64,000 nt of DNA from NCBI RefSeq assembly GCF_009914755.1, contig NC_060937.1; one strand, written 5' to 3'. Positions within the stretch are counted from its first letter, which is position 1. Every line of letters begins with the position of its first letter. Made by a program: the position numbers and the translations under genes. This document shows, piece after piece, positions 1 to 18,273 of the stretch. The notes under the pieces were generated by a model, which searched no databases, was not told the DNA's origin, and saw only the letters and a list, made by a program, of their open reading frames with translations. The DNA is from the human T2T-CHM13v2.0 reference genome, Homo sapiens.

Positions 1-19
1 AACAATAGCTATCACATAT

Positions 20-230
20 AGGATTCACTATGTGCCAGATAATTCTAAACACTTCAATAATTAACAATTTAATTCTCACACTGACCCAATGAGATAGGTA
101 CCAATATTATTCCCATTTTACAGATTAGAAAACTGAAACATAGGGAGGTTAAGTAACTTGCCCAAAGTCTGACAACTTATAAATAGTAGATGCGGGATTC
201 AAACCCAGGCATTTCATCTCTGGAGTCTTA
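20..230 (+). mobile_element. MIR SINE fragment
   Basis: CCCATTTTACAGAT-AGAAAACTGA...GGTTAAGTAACTTGCCCAAAGTC...GGGATTCAAACCCAGGC matches the MIR core. Confidence 0.8.
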
Positions 231-759
231 ATGTATTTTCATATACCTTAATAAATCTACCCCTACTATTATAAGCATATTGCATAAAACAGGGCACTGT
301 CATAAATAATCATAATGATAATGCCTTCAGCAACAATGGCAGCATACATTCTGAAGCCTGATGGCATCTTCAAAGGAGAATGAGGAAGAGGTTATGGAAT
401 CTTCTTAAACCAATAAAAATAAACATTTTGTGATCTAAGACTTCATAGATGCTAACATTGGAACGGAGAAGATGTCTGTCCCTGGTCCCTTCTTCCCTCC
501 TCATCTATCCATTTTCAGAAATAGGGGCTGTTCAAAAATAAACTAATGTTTCTCTCTCTCAACCCAGTCTAGAGACAGAAATCTCATCAATTCCCCCTGC
601 AACCTCTACTCAGATAGAGCTTCACTATTGTTCACTGATTGGTTAATTGATTGGTTCATGCAATCAACAAACCAGGCTAGAAGATTCATGAGGCATAAAA
701 CATCCTATCCCTCTAAAGCTGCAACCTTCTTGGCATCTACACATGGGCAATTAATGAGG

Positions 760-1650
760 ACCTCAGGATTCACATAGCTAAAGCTGAGCTCCTGAGAGTC
801 CATCCCCAACCGCACTCCCCAGCCAGCTCCCTCTGCATCTTCTCCATTCCAGTTAATAGCAGCTTTATTCTCCCCATTGTTCCAAGCCAGAACCCTGGAA
901 TCACCCTGGATTCCATTCTCTCTCAGCCTACCTCCAACCCCTCAGAAAATCCTACTGGCTCCATCATGAAAATAGACCCAGAATTGGATCACTTCTCCCA
1001 TTCCCCTGGTCTGAGCCACCATCCTCTCTCACCTGGGTTAGACTGTGCGCCACCTCCCCACCTCTGCAGCCTATTCTCAACAAGGCAAGCAGAAGGAATC
1101 TTAAAACAAATCAGCTCATGCCACTTCTCAAAATCTTCCAGTGGCTTTCCATCTCACTCAGAATAAAAACCAAAATCCTGACTATAATCTACAAGGTCCT
1201 GCATGACAACCACCCCCTCCCATTCATTCTCCTCCCTCCCCATGCACCGAGGCTCCACTTGCCATTCTTCTAATCCTCTAGCTATGTCCTCACCTCAAGG
1301 CCTTTGCACTTGTGTGGGGAGGAAAGAGCTTTCCAGCCACCTGCATGGCTTGCTCCCTCACCTTCCCCAGGTCCTTTAGAAATTATCTTCTCAATGAGAT
1401 CTTCTCTGTTTACCCTATCTGAAGCTTCAGCAAATGTCCTGCAGTTTTCCTGCTTTTCACTTTCTCACTAGCACATACTGATATTTGACATACTGTGTGT
1501 GTGCTACATTTATCTTGCTTGTTGTCTGTCTTTTCTACCGTGGCACAAACATTTTTGCTGTTTCGTTCACTACTATATCCCCCGCCTGGAACAAAACTTG
1601 AAATTTAGTAGACATTCAATAAATATTTGTTGAACAAATGAATGAATAAG
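760..1650 (+). mobile_element. L2 LINE 3' fragment
   Basis: Ends in the L2 terminus CAATAAATATTTGTTGAACAAATGAATGAAT; internal L2-like pyrimidine-rich text. Confidence 0.75.
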
Positions 1651-2369
1651 GACAGTAACACAGATGACAGCATTCAAGGGTATGCTGAGTGATAATGACC
1701 ACCATGAGAATTAAGAGGCATTAATTCTTAATTCTCTCCATGAGAATTAAGATCACTTCTGGTGAGGGCAGTCACAGAAATGTCAAAAAGAAGGTAGGAC
1801 TCTAGGTGGTGGACAGAACCTAGCACGCGGGATGTAAATGAGCATAACTCGGAAGCAGATTTGGAGAGGGGCCATTCATTAGAACATGTAGTTAATTTCC
1901 GAGCAGTTGATAGACAGTTCCCTACCATGAGAAACTGTTGAACAATAATATCTTTCTTTGGAGTTCTTCTGAGGATAATAATTTTATAAAGGGACTCGGA
2001 TGTACTACTGAGTACAGGTTAAGTCAGCTGCTGATTACTGGCGCAAGAGGAGCTGAATCTCCTTTTAGCAATCCTTTAAAATTAAAAGGCTATTCAGACT
2101 ACATCAGAACAGCACTGTCTTCCATTTCCTGTTCTCTTAAAGGTCAGGGTCTTTCCACTCTACCTACAAGTAAACGTTTAATCAACAGCATTTCCTAGTG
2201 ATCCTGCAAACACTCATCTGCATTGCTATTAATCTTTTCCCCTATTTCCCTGGACAAAACGTTGAGCAAGGAACAGTGCTTGCCAAAGTAGAAGCAGAAA
2301 TGCAAGAGAGAAGCTACGCAGCAGATGAATCCGAACCACCAGCAGCAATATTCCTATGGAAATAAACAA

Positions 2370-3455
<1,086 letters not shown>

Positions 3456-3722
3456 GTCCAGCCATTGCCCATCTGTGTACACAGTCTCTCATTTCCAAGA
3501 GGGTCAGCAGTCTCACTGCAGCTTCAAAACTCCTCTGCACGACAAGATATAATCCAGCGTCCCCTCACTTCTTCCTTCCACTTACCAGTCTGCGCCCCTC
3601 TCCTAAGGCCCAACAATGCTAAATTTTCCCTTCGTTTTTTCCTCACTGTAGCATCTCTCCTACCTCACCTATTTGAGCAAGATATCTCTTTTATATTTAA
3701 AATCCTTTTGAAAATCACCTTC

Positions 3723-4025
3723 AGCCAGGTGCGGTGGCTCACGCCTGTAATCCCAGCACTGTGGGAGGCCGAGGCGGGTGGATCACCTGAGGTCCGCAGT
3801 TCAAGACCAGCCCAGCTAACGTGGTGAAATCCTGTCTCTACCAAAAATACAAAATTAGTCGGGCATGGTGGCAGGCGCCTGTAATCCCAGCTACAAGGGA
3901 GGGTGAGGCAGGAGAATCTCTTGAACCCTGGGAGGCGGAGGTTGCAGTGAGCCAGATCACACCACTGCACTCCAGCCTGGGCGACAGAGCAAGACTCTAT
4001 CTCAAAAAAAAGAAAGAAAGAAAGA
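3723..4025 (+). mobile_element. Alu (AluS-type)
   Basis: Full dimer flanked by target-site duplication GAAAATCACCTTCA. Confidence 0.93.
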
Positions 4026-4842
4026 AAATCACCTTCATGCAGTCTCCGATACCAGCCCCCTCCCAAAAAACTCCGGTTCCCCTTTTCTCTCTACAGTGTT
4101 TATGGGTCCATTATTTATTTACAGGTACACATACTTATCACGGGGTATTAACATAAATAACAGTGGCTATGTTTGTTTCCCAAGATTGCTCAGAGCCTGG
4201 GATACTGCCAGAGAAGTGCTTAGTAAATGGTTCTGAAGGATAAAAGACAGAGCTATGCCTTGGAAAAACCGAGAGCAATGCCAGTCAACCAGACAGAAGA
4301 GTTTCACATCATCTGCTTAACCCTGGGTGATAGCTTTTCTCCTCAGACCTTCTTTTATTTTAAATTTAGAAACACACCAGAGGCATTTCAGAACTGTGTG
4401 CATCCTCTGCATTTGGAAAAACAGTTTCCCAGCTCTGTTTGAGGAGTGGTAAAATAATATATAACACCCAATATTATATGTATATAAACATTAAATAACA
4501 TTTAATAGTTATCATAGGTGAGAATTTAATTAAATCAGTATCTGGATCTGTAAACGAAATCCAGGTACTGATTTAATTAAATTTTCACCTATGATAGCTA
4601 TTAAACTAAAGCCACATGGCAATAACAAGAATGAAATCAGCCTTCCACATTTACAATCAGAACTACAAAATAAATTGAGTAAGTATAATAAAGACGAACA
4701 TAACAGCATCGCAATATGACAATGCTCTTTACCTAGATTCAGATTGGCTCCTGAAACACCTCGGATCATCCATCAGGAAAGCCTGATGTGGCCTGAGCTT
4801 TTGTCCAGTACTCAGTACCAGCACTATAATAAGTTCTATTCA

Positions 4843-5165
<323 letters not shown>

Positions 5166-5394
5166 AGTAAAGTAAATAAATTTTAAACCCTCCATTATAA
5201 AGCTTTCAAATACATATATGGTCAAAATCAGTTCACAGCTATTTTAAAACTGCAACAGTACGTGCACTACCGCTCTTTTTTAAGACATTCACCCAGTTTA
5301 TCTGGGTTCAAATTCTAGATTCCAAAAGAATGGCCATTATGTGTAAACACCGAATCGGAAGAGTGTAAAACTATCCTGTTTATTTTATAAGTTC

Positions 5395-5739
<345 letters not shown>

Positions 5740-6279
5740 TTACTCTCTGTAATTTTGATCTCCTCTGAAATCCTCTGTTGAAGATAGAAACCCATCATCT
5801 GCCTGGAACTCAGCCAATGGCCAGAAAGGATACAAATAATAAATACCACTTCTCATTTGCATACTGCTTTATAGTTTACAAATCAGTTCATGTGAAAGTC
5901 ATGTGGGCCACAAATGGTGGGTGAGGCATAATCAAACATCTGCCAAGTTCTTTCTCTTACAATATGGCAGTCATTAACAGGGTGGGGGACAGACACGGGA
6001 ATTTGCGCAGTTCTCTGCAAAGCCCATAAAATTGTATGCAATCTTAAAAAGTAGCCAGTGGGGCCATCTTCCCTGCAGCATATGAACATGTTTCTTTCTG
6101 CCTCCTTCCAGCATGCTCTACAAAATAGTCCTGGTAATCGCCCATGTTACCAAGTCAGCTGTCCATGGCTGCTCCCTTCCCCGACCTAAAGAAAGATTCA
6201 AGTTCAAGTTAATGCTGGAGGACCCCTAGGCAACTGCCCAACTCCCTCCCAGGCCACTCCCTCCTCCCACTTTCTAACC

Positions 6280-7199
<920 letters not shown>

Positions 7200-7419
7200 A
7201 GTCCCTTATAGGAACTCTTTCCATCTGCCTTCTTATGAACAATTAAGAACACAGCTGCTGTTGCAATCTCCCAGGAGGTCTTTATCTTTATTAATTCCTG
7301 TTCCAGGGGCTGGTCCTCAACTTGTTAGGCTCAGAAATTGGCTGTGTCAGCAAAAAACAAAAGGGAATCTGTCCCTCATGTCACTGTCGTGAGGAGAGAG
7401 ACATCTGGGCCAGCATGAC

Positions 7420-7793
7420 CACAATTAGCCTGCCACAATTTCATGGATGCTGGGAGGCACAAAACCTCTGAGTCAGAGACAAACGGCTTTCTATTCATGG
7501 CCTTAGCAGTAGCCAGAGTCTCAGTATTTGTACTGGTTCCTCAAGCCCCAATTGCCACATGACACCGTGAAGAGGACTAGGTGACATCTGCATATGCAGT
7601 GGATCGAGTTGCATAGGGAACCCTGCTCTTAGGAAACGCATATATTTTATAATGGGCAGTAAGCCTGCCTGCCCTGTGCTCCATGGAGAGCCACCGTGTC
7701 TCTTTTCCAAGGCTGTGTGCTACACAAACATCCTTGAAAAGATAGTCCAGCACAAAGGAAGCGTGAGGGACCCTTGGAGAACTATCTCCCAAC
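7420..7793 (-). mobile_element. LTR40-like ERVL solo LTR
   Basis: Minus strand GTTGGGAGATAGTTCTCC...GGACTATCTTTTCAAGGATGTTTGTGTAGC...AGCCTTGGAA matches recalled LTR40. Confidence 0.7.
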
Positions 7794-7966
7794 GCTCATC
7801 TAGAGCTTGCAAGTCAACATGGACTTCCAGTGAGGGTAATTAGTTGGATGATTCAATTGGTTTCCATAGCAAAGATCTATCTACAGGAACTAGAGTAATT
7901 GAGTCTTTGGGCCAGGGTCCCCCTGATCTTTTCTTATTTAGTGCCATTGTGACTCTCTGAATCTAG

Positions 7967-8301
<335 letters not shown>

Positions 8302-9619
8302 ACAATCCCTTTCTTATTGACATAGATATGGTTTGGACATTTAAGTATTGTTAGTCAAGCCTTGTTCTAGCCAGTAACCAAACTACCCTGTCTCTATAAA
8401 GTGAGTGCATTTTCTGGACATTACCAGTTATGAGATTTAGAGGGCAGTCCTATTTCCAATTCGTTGGAAATCACCTTACTATCTATCCTTTGGCACCACC
8501 TATCCCCAATTCCATAAAAAGCCTTAGTTTAAAAATAAAATTGCTTTTGCTGTTTTTCCTTAATATAAAACTTAAAAAATTACTTTTATCTATAGATTGT
8601 ATCTTTACAACACACATTGTGGTTTTTAGAATCTCAGGGAAAAAATGCTATCTTAAATGTTAGTAGACTAAGATTCTTGACCTCCTAAATCAGTGTCAAA
8701 TGTGAGATCATAGCTGATGCCTGGCCTATGTAGTCAGCACTCAATAAATAGTAGTCGTACTGTCAGGACTCTGGAAAATAAGAGAAATGAATCTGAGCAA
8801 AAAATAGGAAATTATAAGAATAGCAGTATCTTCTAGAAACACGCAGGCAGAAATGCAGCCAAGTTTGGAATACCTACCCTGCCCTTGCCACTCTGTTTGT
8901 ACAGTGTGACCCCATTCATTGCTGCTCATTCAGCTACTATGTGCCAGGCACAGTGCCTGAGGCCGGAACACAATAGGAACACAAACAGATACGGTTTTTT
9001 ACATTGTAAAGCACAGAGGTTACAGTCTAGTGGAGAGAGACAAATCAAATTATCACGCAAGGAAATAAAAAACTGCCACTGTGGTAACTGCTGAGATAGG
9101 CAAGTACATGGTGCTGAGTGTGTATAAAAGGAGTGACCCACTGAGGGAGGTCAGCAAAGGCTTCCTGAGGAAGCGATGACCAAGCAGAGACTCAAGTTTA
9201 AGCAAGCAATAAGACAATAGGGAAACGGGAAGAGCTTTCCAGACTTAGAGAAGAGCAAACGCCTCCTGGCAGGCGGAAGCACACTGAGGAAGCATGGCTG
9301 GAGCTCAGGAAGATGAGGAGACCTGCCAGATCACAGTAAAACCAAGGTCACAGAACGAGGGTTTTGCCCACAGCTACACAACTTCTGGGATACTTTCCTT
9401 ATACTACCACCTTCCTAGTCAACAGACTTCATTTTCTTTCCTCTCCAAACCTTCCCCTGGGACAGAGGTCCATCAGTTAATGCTCATTCCAGGGTAAAAA
9501 AGAAATCACGAAGTAGAACATGAAAAGGAAATGCAAAAACTTGAGCCACAAAAACTGGAGACCTCGCTATGGAATTTTTCTTTGTTGAGTGTGCCCAGGA
9601 GTCTTGGGGATGGTCTATG

Positions 9620-9965
9620 TCAGTGGTATTCAAAGTGTGGTCCCAGGACCAGCCACATCAGCATCTCCTAAACACTTATTAGAAAAGCAAATTCAAAGGC
9701 CCCACTCAAAACCTATGAATCAGAAATATGGGAGGTGGAGCTCAGCAATCTGAATTTTAACAAGCAAAAAGCTCCACAAAAAGGGTTCCTGTTGCACAGA
9801 CAATAGTCTAAATCAGTGCTTCCCAAACCTGTCTGATCATCTGAAGCAACTGGGAGCTTGTTAAAATATTCCTGGGCCACACCCCAATACCTACAAAAAT
9901 TGAAATCTCAGGGCAAGGCTTGGGAATCTATATTGAGATGATCATCCTGGTTTGAGAACCACTGG
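9620..9965. mobile_element. MER5-type hAT-Charlie MITE fragments (two)
   Basis: CAGTGGTATTCAAAGTGTGGTCCCAGGACCAGC... and CAGTGCTTCCCAAAC...GTTTGAGAACCACTG termini. Confidence 0.7.
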
Positions 9966-10337
9966 TCTATATCAAAGTAACACATTGTCTGACACAGTGA
10001 GCAATTAATTCCAAGTGTCATTTGTCCTTGCCAAGTAATTAAGGGTAGTAAGTACCTCAGGCTCTGCCAGTCCAACTCAGTACATTATTTGATTTATATC
10101 TTCCATCTCCTTAGCTCTTCCCAATTTTAAAACAATATAAGACACTTCCAATTTTGACATTTGTTGAGAAATTTCTCCTTGTCTCTCAGTCTTATATCAT
10201 CACAGCCACCACAAACTGTATGAGACTTAATAAGTGCTTACCAAATTCAAGCATTATGCTTTTAGCTGCAGTCTAAAAATCTGTTCTGGAAAATATCCCT
10301 TTCAAAATATCAAAAAGAAAATCATCCAGCCTTGTAA

Positions 10338-10721
<384 letters not shown>

Positions 10722-12683
10722 TCAGCACTGTTTTAAATAAACATACAAATAAATATGGGATGAATTAAGACAATATTACGTTAACAAACAAAAAACCTTC
10801 CAGAGCTGAAAGAACAGATAATATCATAGATTCATTTTCAAGTATCAGCATTTTCAAGAATTTTCCCATATGCTGAAATTTATGCAGCTGATCTACAAAT
10901 AATATTGACTGGTCTCTTAGAGGTAATTTTACATTTCTCAGAAGCTCTTAAGCAAGACAATGATATGTGACTCACTTCCCACAAGATTTAAGAAGGCCAC
11001 AGCCCTGGTAAGAAGTGAAAAAAAAAAAAAATGAGTGGTCACCTTAACATGTAAAAAGTGTGTAATTATTGGTTAGGATAGTTTCAGAAAGTTTAGTGGT
11101 TACAGGCAGCAACCTTTGAGTACATAAAATCAGAATTTATGAAGTGGCTGCTGCTATGACTCTAATAAAACAAGGAAGCAATTTAATAGTTTTAAGAAAA
11201 TGGAAAAGAGCACAGGAAGGAAGAAAAGATAGGCTTGAGTAAATTACTCTGCCCCTGAAGATAGAAAAAAAAAAAAAAAACACTAACTGTAAAATTGTAT
11301 AATAATAATGAACTGTTTGCTGTGGTATATGGTATTATCATGTTCAAAGGAAAAAAACCCTACAAAACCTAGAAGGCATTATCAAGAAGATAGGCCATGT
11401 TACCTGTAAAAGTAAGGGGATTAGAGCAAAAACAAAAGAAGTTGAAGGTCCTCTTCTCTACTTCTATAAAATAGAGAATTTAAAAGAAAAACCTGACAGA
11501 TCCCTATCTCATACCATATGGAAAACAGATTAAAGACTGATATGTAGTATCACAAAAGTAATAGAAAAAAATATGTATTGGGGGGTGACACAAAGCCCCA
11601 AAGCCAAAGTAACAGATCCAACCTCTGCAAAAGTTAAAATACTAGCAAGAAATTGAAATATTTAACAAAAGATTGAGATCTATAATAAAGTATTTGTACA
11701 AATCAAGAATAAAAGGCAAAACAACAGGAAAATAGAGAAAGGATGAGAACAGACAAGTCACAGAATACAAGGGCCAAAAATATACATATTTGAAAAAATG
11801 CATGGCTTCACTAGTGTCAGGGAAATGCAAGAGAAAAAAAGGCATTCTCACCTGACAGAGTAACATTACCATATTTGCTGTTGTGGGATGTTCTTGACTC
11901 TCAGTAAGGTCATCTAAATGTAACCTGTGTTGTGTTTGAAAAGTCCAACACTGGGATCCCTGCACTACTGTTCTGGACTGGGGGCTGCTGACTGACTGGA
12001 TCAGTCCTCAGGGTAGAGGGTGCTCCAGAAGGAAAGGCACAACTCCCTAGCCAAAAGCCATGTGGGGTATGAAAAAGGAGGCCTGGACACTACCTGGTCC
12101 TTCTTCCAGTCTCACACTCTCCTGAAGCACCTGAATGATAATCCCCAGCTGAACTCTGAGGAAAATTTAAATTTTTTTTTCTAAATTAGGATACATCTTA
12201 CACACTGGCACATTTCACGCATTGGCAAAACTAGTAGAAAGATTTGTAATACATTGGTAAGAACATGGGTAAAAAGAAATTCTCATGTACTAGTCAAATA
12301 ATAATTTTCAGAAAGTAAAAAACATAACAAAGTAAGCACAGGTCAAAAAACTTATTAAACTTATTACCATAGGACCCTGCAAGATGACAAAAGAGAATGT
12401 CACAGAAGAATGCTGGAATAAGATCTCATAGTTAAATGCTAATGTGGTTAATGTTCTACAAGGCTAAAAAACTGTAACCTCTTTTCTATCACAGAAAAAT
12501 AACATACCACTCTACCAGATCATCGTTTGCAGCTTATCAAATGATGTACAAGTTAACATCTAGCTCTAGAGTCTGGGCCTTAACAACAGTAAATCATAGT
12601 CACAATATGTTAATTACCCATTAGGTGAATTTGTTTGACAATGCTCTAGTACACTGTTTCTCAAACTTTTTTGTTGTTGTTAA

Positions 12684-13097
12684 TTTTTTTTTGAGACAGA
12701 GTCTCCCTCTGTCACCCAGGCTAGAGTGCAGCGGTGCAATCTTAGCTCATTGAAACCTCTGCCTCCTGGGTTCAAGTGGTTCTCATACCTCAGCATCCGG
12801 CACAGCTGGGATTACAGGCATGCACCATGCCCAGCTAACTTTTATATTTTTAGTAAAGACAGGGTTTCGCCATTAGATTGTACATGAATCTAAGTGCACC
12901 ATTAGATTCTCATAGGAGTGCAAACCCTATTATGAACTATGCATGCAAGGAATCTAGGTGCACTCCTTAGGAGAATCTAATGCCTGATGATCTGAGGTTG
13001 AACAGTTTCATCCCAAAACCATCCCCCTGCCCTGTGCATGGACAAATTGTCTTCTGTGAAACTGGTCCCTGCTGCCAAAGAGGTTGGGGACCACTAC
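12684..13097. mobile_element. Truncated minus-strand Alu fused to a MER1B fragment
   Basis: Alu right arm to ~12871, then ATTAGATTCTCATAGGAGTGCAAACCCTATT...GAGGTTGGGGACCACT (MER1 terminus). Confidence 0.75.
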
Positions 13098-13358
13098 TCT
13101 AAATCTTCAGCCAGTTAACAAGCTCCCTTCTCAGTCAAGGTTAAATGCAGAAAGACAGCTTATACAAATGCAGGGAAAACATACACCAACTACCAAGAGG
13201 GAATCCCTCTTTCCTAGCTAAGGGGGAACATTTAAGGACAACAGACAGCACACAGAGCCAATGATAATCAAAGGGGAAAACAAGGAACAGAAAATGTGAA
13301 AATTCTGATTGATCTCCTCTGAGATGTAAGGGTACTACATGTATGAAACAAGAATTAG

Positions 13359-14352
<994 letters not shown>

Positions 14353-14379
14353 AAGAATTACTAAATTTAAAATGAAATA

Positions 14380-15830
14380 GAAGAGCTGAATAATAAGGTA
14401 ATGGATATGTTCAAAGAGTGAATTAGTGGTCTGGAAGGTGATATCTGAAGAAATCTTTCAGAATAAATAGATCAAGACAAAATACAGAAGTATAGTGTAG
14501 AGGGTAAGTTAATAGGTTTGACATCCACCTAAGAAAAATAATTTTAAAAATCTTATTTAAAATTGCCTTTTAGTACAAGAATGGTACAATGACTCAGATG
14601 AAAGGACCGTGGGGGTAAGCAGCATGAATGACAAATGTCCCAGAGATCTAGACACAAATTGGTGAAATTTTAGGACTCCAAGCATAAAAAGAAAACCCCA
14701 AAAGTTTTTCATGAGGAAAAAATAGGTTACTTATCAATAAATAAAGAGAGGTAATCGGATTGGTGTGACTTTAATCAACAATACTGGATAACAGCAAATG
14801 ATTGTTATAGCTTCAAAATTCCAAAGGAAAATGATTTTGAGTCTAAAACCATAACTCAATTTAAAAAACTTTAAATTGAAGATTCAACATTTAATTACTT
14901 GAAGATATGCAGCAGCACACCAGAAAACTAATCCTGGGATGCAAGAGAAAGCAATCAGAAGAAAACAGTAAAACTCACAGTGGCCTAATAACTATTTACA
15001 CATACGCACCAAGATCCCAGGGATTAATCTAAAACTAAAATCGTATCTGATTACATCACAAAAAGAGGCTGAGGTGGGGAAGTGAAACAATGCTAAGGTT
15101 ACTGACTTAATTGGGAGATGGATGGAAGATGTGGCTACTAATTAACTCTAAACTTAAAGAAAAAAGGTAATCACTAAAGAAATAGCAATAGGTTTAATTA
15201 CTTCCAAACCACTGGAGGAATAACAAGGAGAAAAAAATAACAAGCCAGTAAGATGACAAAATAAAAACAAGAGAGCATGATATATAGAAAATACAAAGTA
15301 AGACAGCCAGGAATAGTCCAAATGTTTTAATAATCTCAATTAATATAAATGTATTAAATTTCCCAGAGCTGGTTTGATTAAGGAAAATAGAAGTCAATTA
15401 TAGAGGATATGAGAAAAAGTAAAGTATTTCAGTTATAAAAGGCACAACTCACCAATAGTCATGTAATGCTTACATTTCAGAAACTGATTAAACGAACAAT
15501 AAGATAGGAATGTAGAAGGCAGAAAGTTTGAACAATTAACAAGCTAAATCCAAAAAAACCTGTACCCAAAACAGGCAAAGCACCCCTCTACCCACCCAAA
15601 ACTCATAGAATATTTACAAATATTGACCATATAATTCCATAAAGTAGAAACCATACAGGCTATATTATATCTCCTTAGAAATTTTAAATACACTTGGAAT
15701 CTGAAATACCCATTAAAAATAAACAATAGTCACCATAGCTAAAGACTGTCAGACATACAGCCAAGGGAGTACTCAGGAGTATTTTCAGTCCTAAATACAT
15801 TTATTATCAGGAAACAAGAAAAATGGAAAA
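14380..15830 (+). mobile_element. Old L1M fragments (ORF1 to ORF2 start), heavily degraded
   Basis: A-rich L1-like text such as ACTCATAGAATATTTACAAATATTGACCATAT; no intact ORF. Confidence 0.55.
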
Positions 15831-17267
15831 TAAAACTGTTTCTATAATATACCTTAAGGCAGTGTGGGGATCAACAACATCCCTGGAGATATGGTCATCA
15901 ATGAAAGTAGTCCAGGAGTCCATGAATTCATTTATTAACCCATAAGCCATAAAATGTGTATGCTAACTAGTAATAAAAGTACAAACTGTGTTATATTTTA
16001 GAATATCAACTCAGTTGTAACACTAGTTACTTCATCCTGAGTTGGTTGGGAATCACATCTTTGAATATATCAAAATTAAACTGAGTTCCTTGAAGTCAGA
16101 CATGGCCTTATTTATTTGTATACCTTTAATATAGGCACAATAGAGGTACAAAGAGTAAGCACTCAACAGTGTTACATGAATTGAATTAGTTAATGTATAA
16201 GGCAGATAATTTCCCAAAATATGGGGCTCACTGGAGGAGTAGGGTGAAACAGAATAAACAGATCTGTATGGTGGGTACAAGGCTGGAAAACACTGGCTAA
16301 ACATGAATCTTCATCTCAGGTCTGTGACGTCACTAGGGTCACATGCCAGGTGTTCCAAGATTCTGGAGAGGATTTTACCAACATGGAGGAGCTATCAGCT
16401 TTCTTACCTTTCTTCCTTGACAGCAAGATTCATGAACTTCAATAATCACAATGTTAGGAAAAGTTAATCTTCAACTATAACAAACTAATTTTTTACAAAT
16501 TTAGTCCCTTTTAGCTGTATGTCAAAAGGACAGACCAATAGCTACAGCTAGTACAATGACTAGAACACAAGCTCAAATTCCCTGGTATTATAGGAGACAA
16601 AAAGATCTCAATAGCTTTCATTTACTTTACAATTTTTAAAAAGCTTCAATTAAGTACTTCAATTTTATCTAAACATAAAGAGGCCCCATCTGTATTAATA
16701 TTTTAAACATTCAATATTTGAGCTATGTAAGTCGTGCTAGTAGGTGAATTTAAACATGTCTTAAATAAGGAATATTTACATTTCGAAACCTTCTGATTGT
16801 ATTAATTTGATCTGGTTTATTTTTAAAATATTCCCCCTTGCTACAGAACATCTTCCTTTTCTGCATTAAAAACAAAATGGCTGTATTTCTCTGCCCAACT
16901 TTGCTTAGCTGAATCAATCCTTTTAAAAGCTTTCTTCTTTACTGCTAAACCTATCTTCAATTCTTAACTAACACAACATCAGTCATTCTTACATGAGAAC
17001 AATACATTAAAATAAATACAAAGAAAAAATTCTCCCAGCAAATACTAGATTCAATCCCAACAATACAGACACAGTCTTAAAAAATCAGTTATTTTTTTAT
17101 TTGCATAGAACCAAAGGAAAGACTTAAAATTCCAACATACATCCTACGAGGCTTACAATTTAATTACAAATCCAATTTTGACGGAAAAAAGGGTTTTGGT
17201 TTTCCTCTACTAACGAGGATGATACTGTTTCACATGCTTCAGTTATGTATGCTGAAACACCAGATGC
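15300..17267 (-). other. NUFIP1: NUFIP1 3' UTR (distal end uncertain; distal part derived from antisense L1)
   Basis: AT-rich sequence after the stop with several minus-strand AATAAA/ATTAAA hexamers; the true cleavage site cannot be read from sequence. Confidence 0.6.
17096..17101 (-). terminator. Proximal polyadenylation signal AATAAA (candidate)
   Basis: Plus-strand TTTATT ~170 nt after the stop, followed on the minus strand by T/GT-rich sequence (GACTGTGTCTGTATTGTTGG). Confidence 0.55.
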
Positions 17268-17384
17268 CTATACATCTTTACTTTTCGCAGAATTAGTATC
17301 CAGTCCAAAAAAGTCTTTTTTGATGATGTACCGAACACACTGCAAAATCACATTTCTTTCATGTCGAATGTCCGGAGCTAGAAG
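17268..17384 (-). CDS. NUFIP1: NUFIP1 exon 10, coding part (117 nt): LLAPDIRHERNVILQCVRYIIKKDFFGLDTNSAKSKDV*, C-terminal ZNHIT3-binding region
   Basis: Acceptor GTGTTTTAG; TAG stop at 17270-17268. Confidence 0.96.
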   Translation of the reverse strand, partial: LLAPDIRHERNVILQCVRYIIKKDFFGLDTNSAKSKDV

Positions 17385-17491
17385 CTAAAACACAATTTAA
17401 AAAAAGATGAGGTAGTAAATAAATTATATCTGGGAAATACAATCTAAAATATTGCATGTACCCTCACCATATAAAGAAGACAGAACAATAA

Positions 17492-17874
<383 letters not shown>

Positions 17875-17944
17875 AAGACAATCTAGCTTTTTAAACAGTA
17901 CTAACGCTTATATTTGGAGTCCTCTCTAAGAGTATCTAGCATAG

Positions 17945-18273
<329 letters not shown>

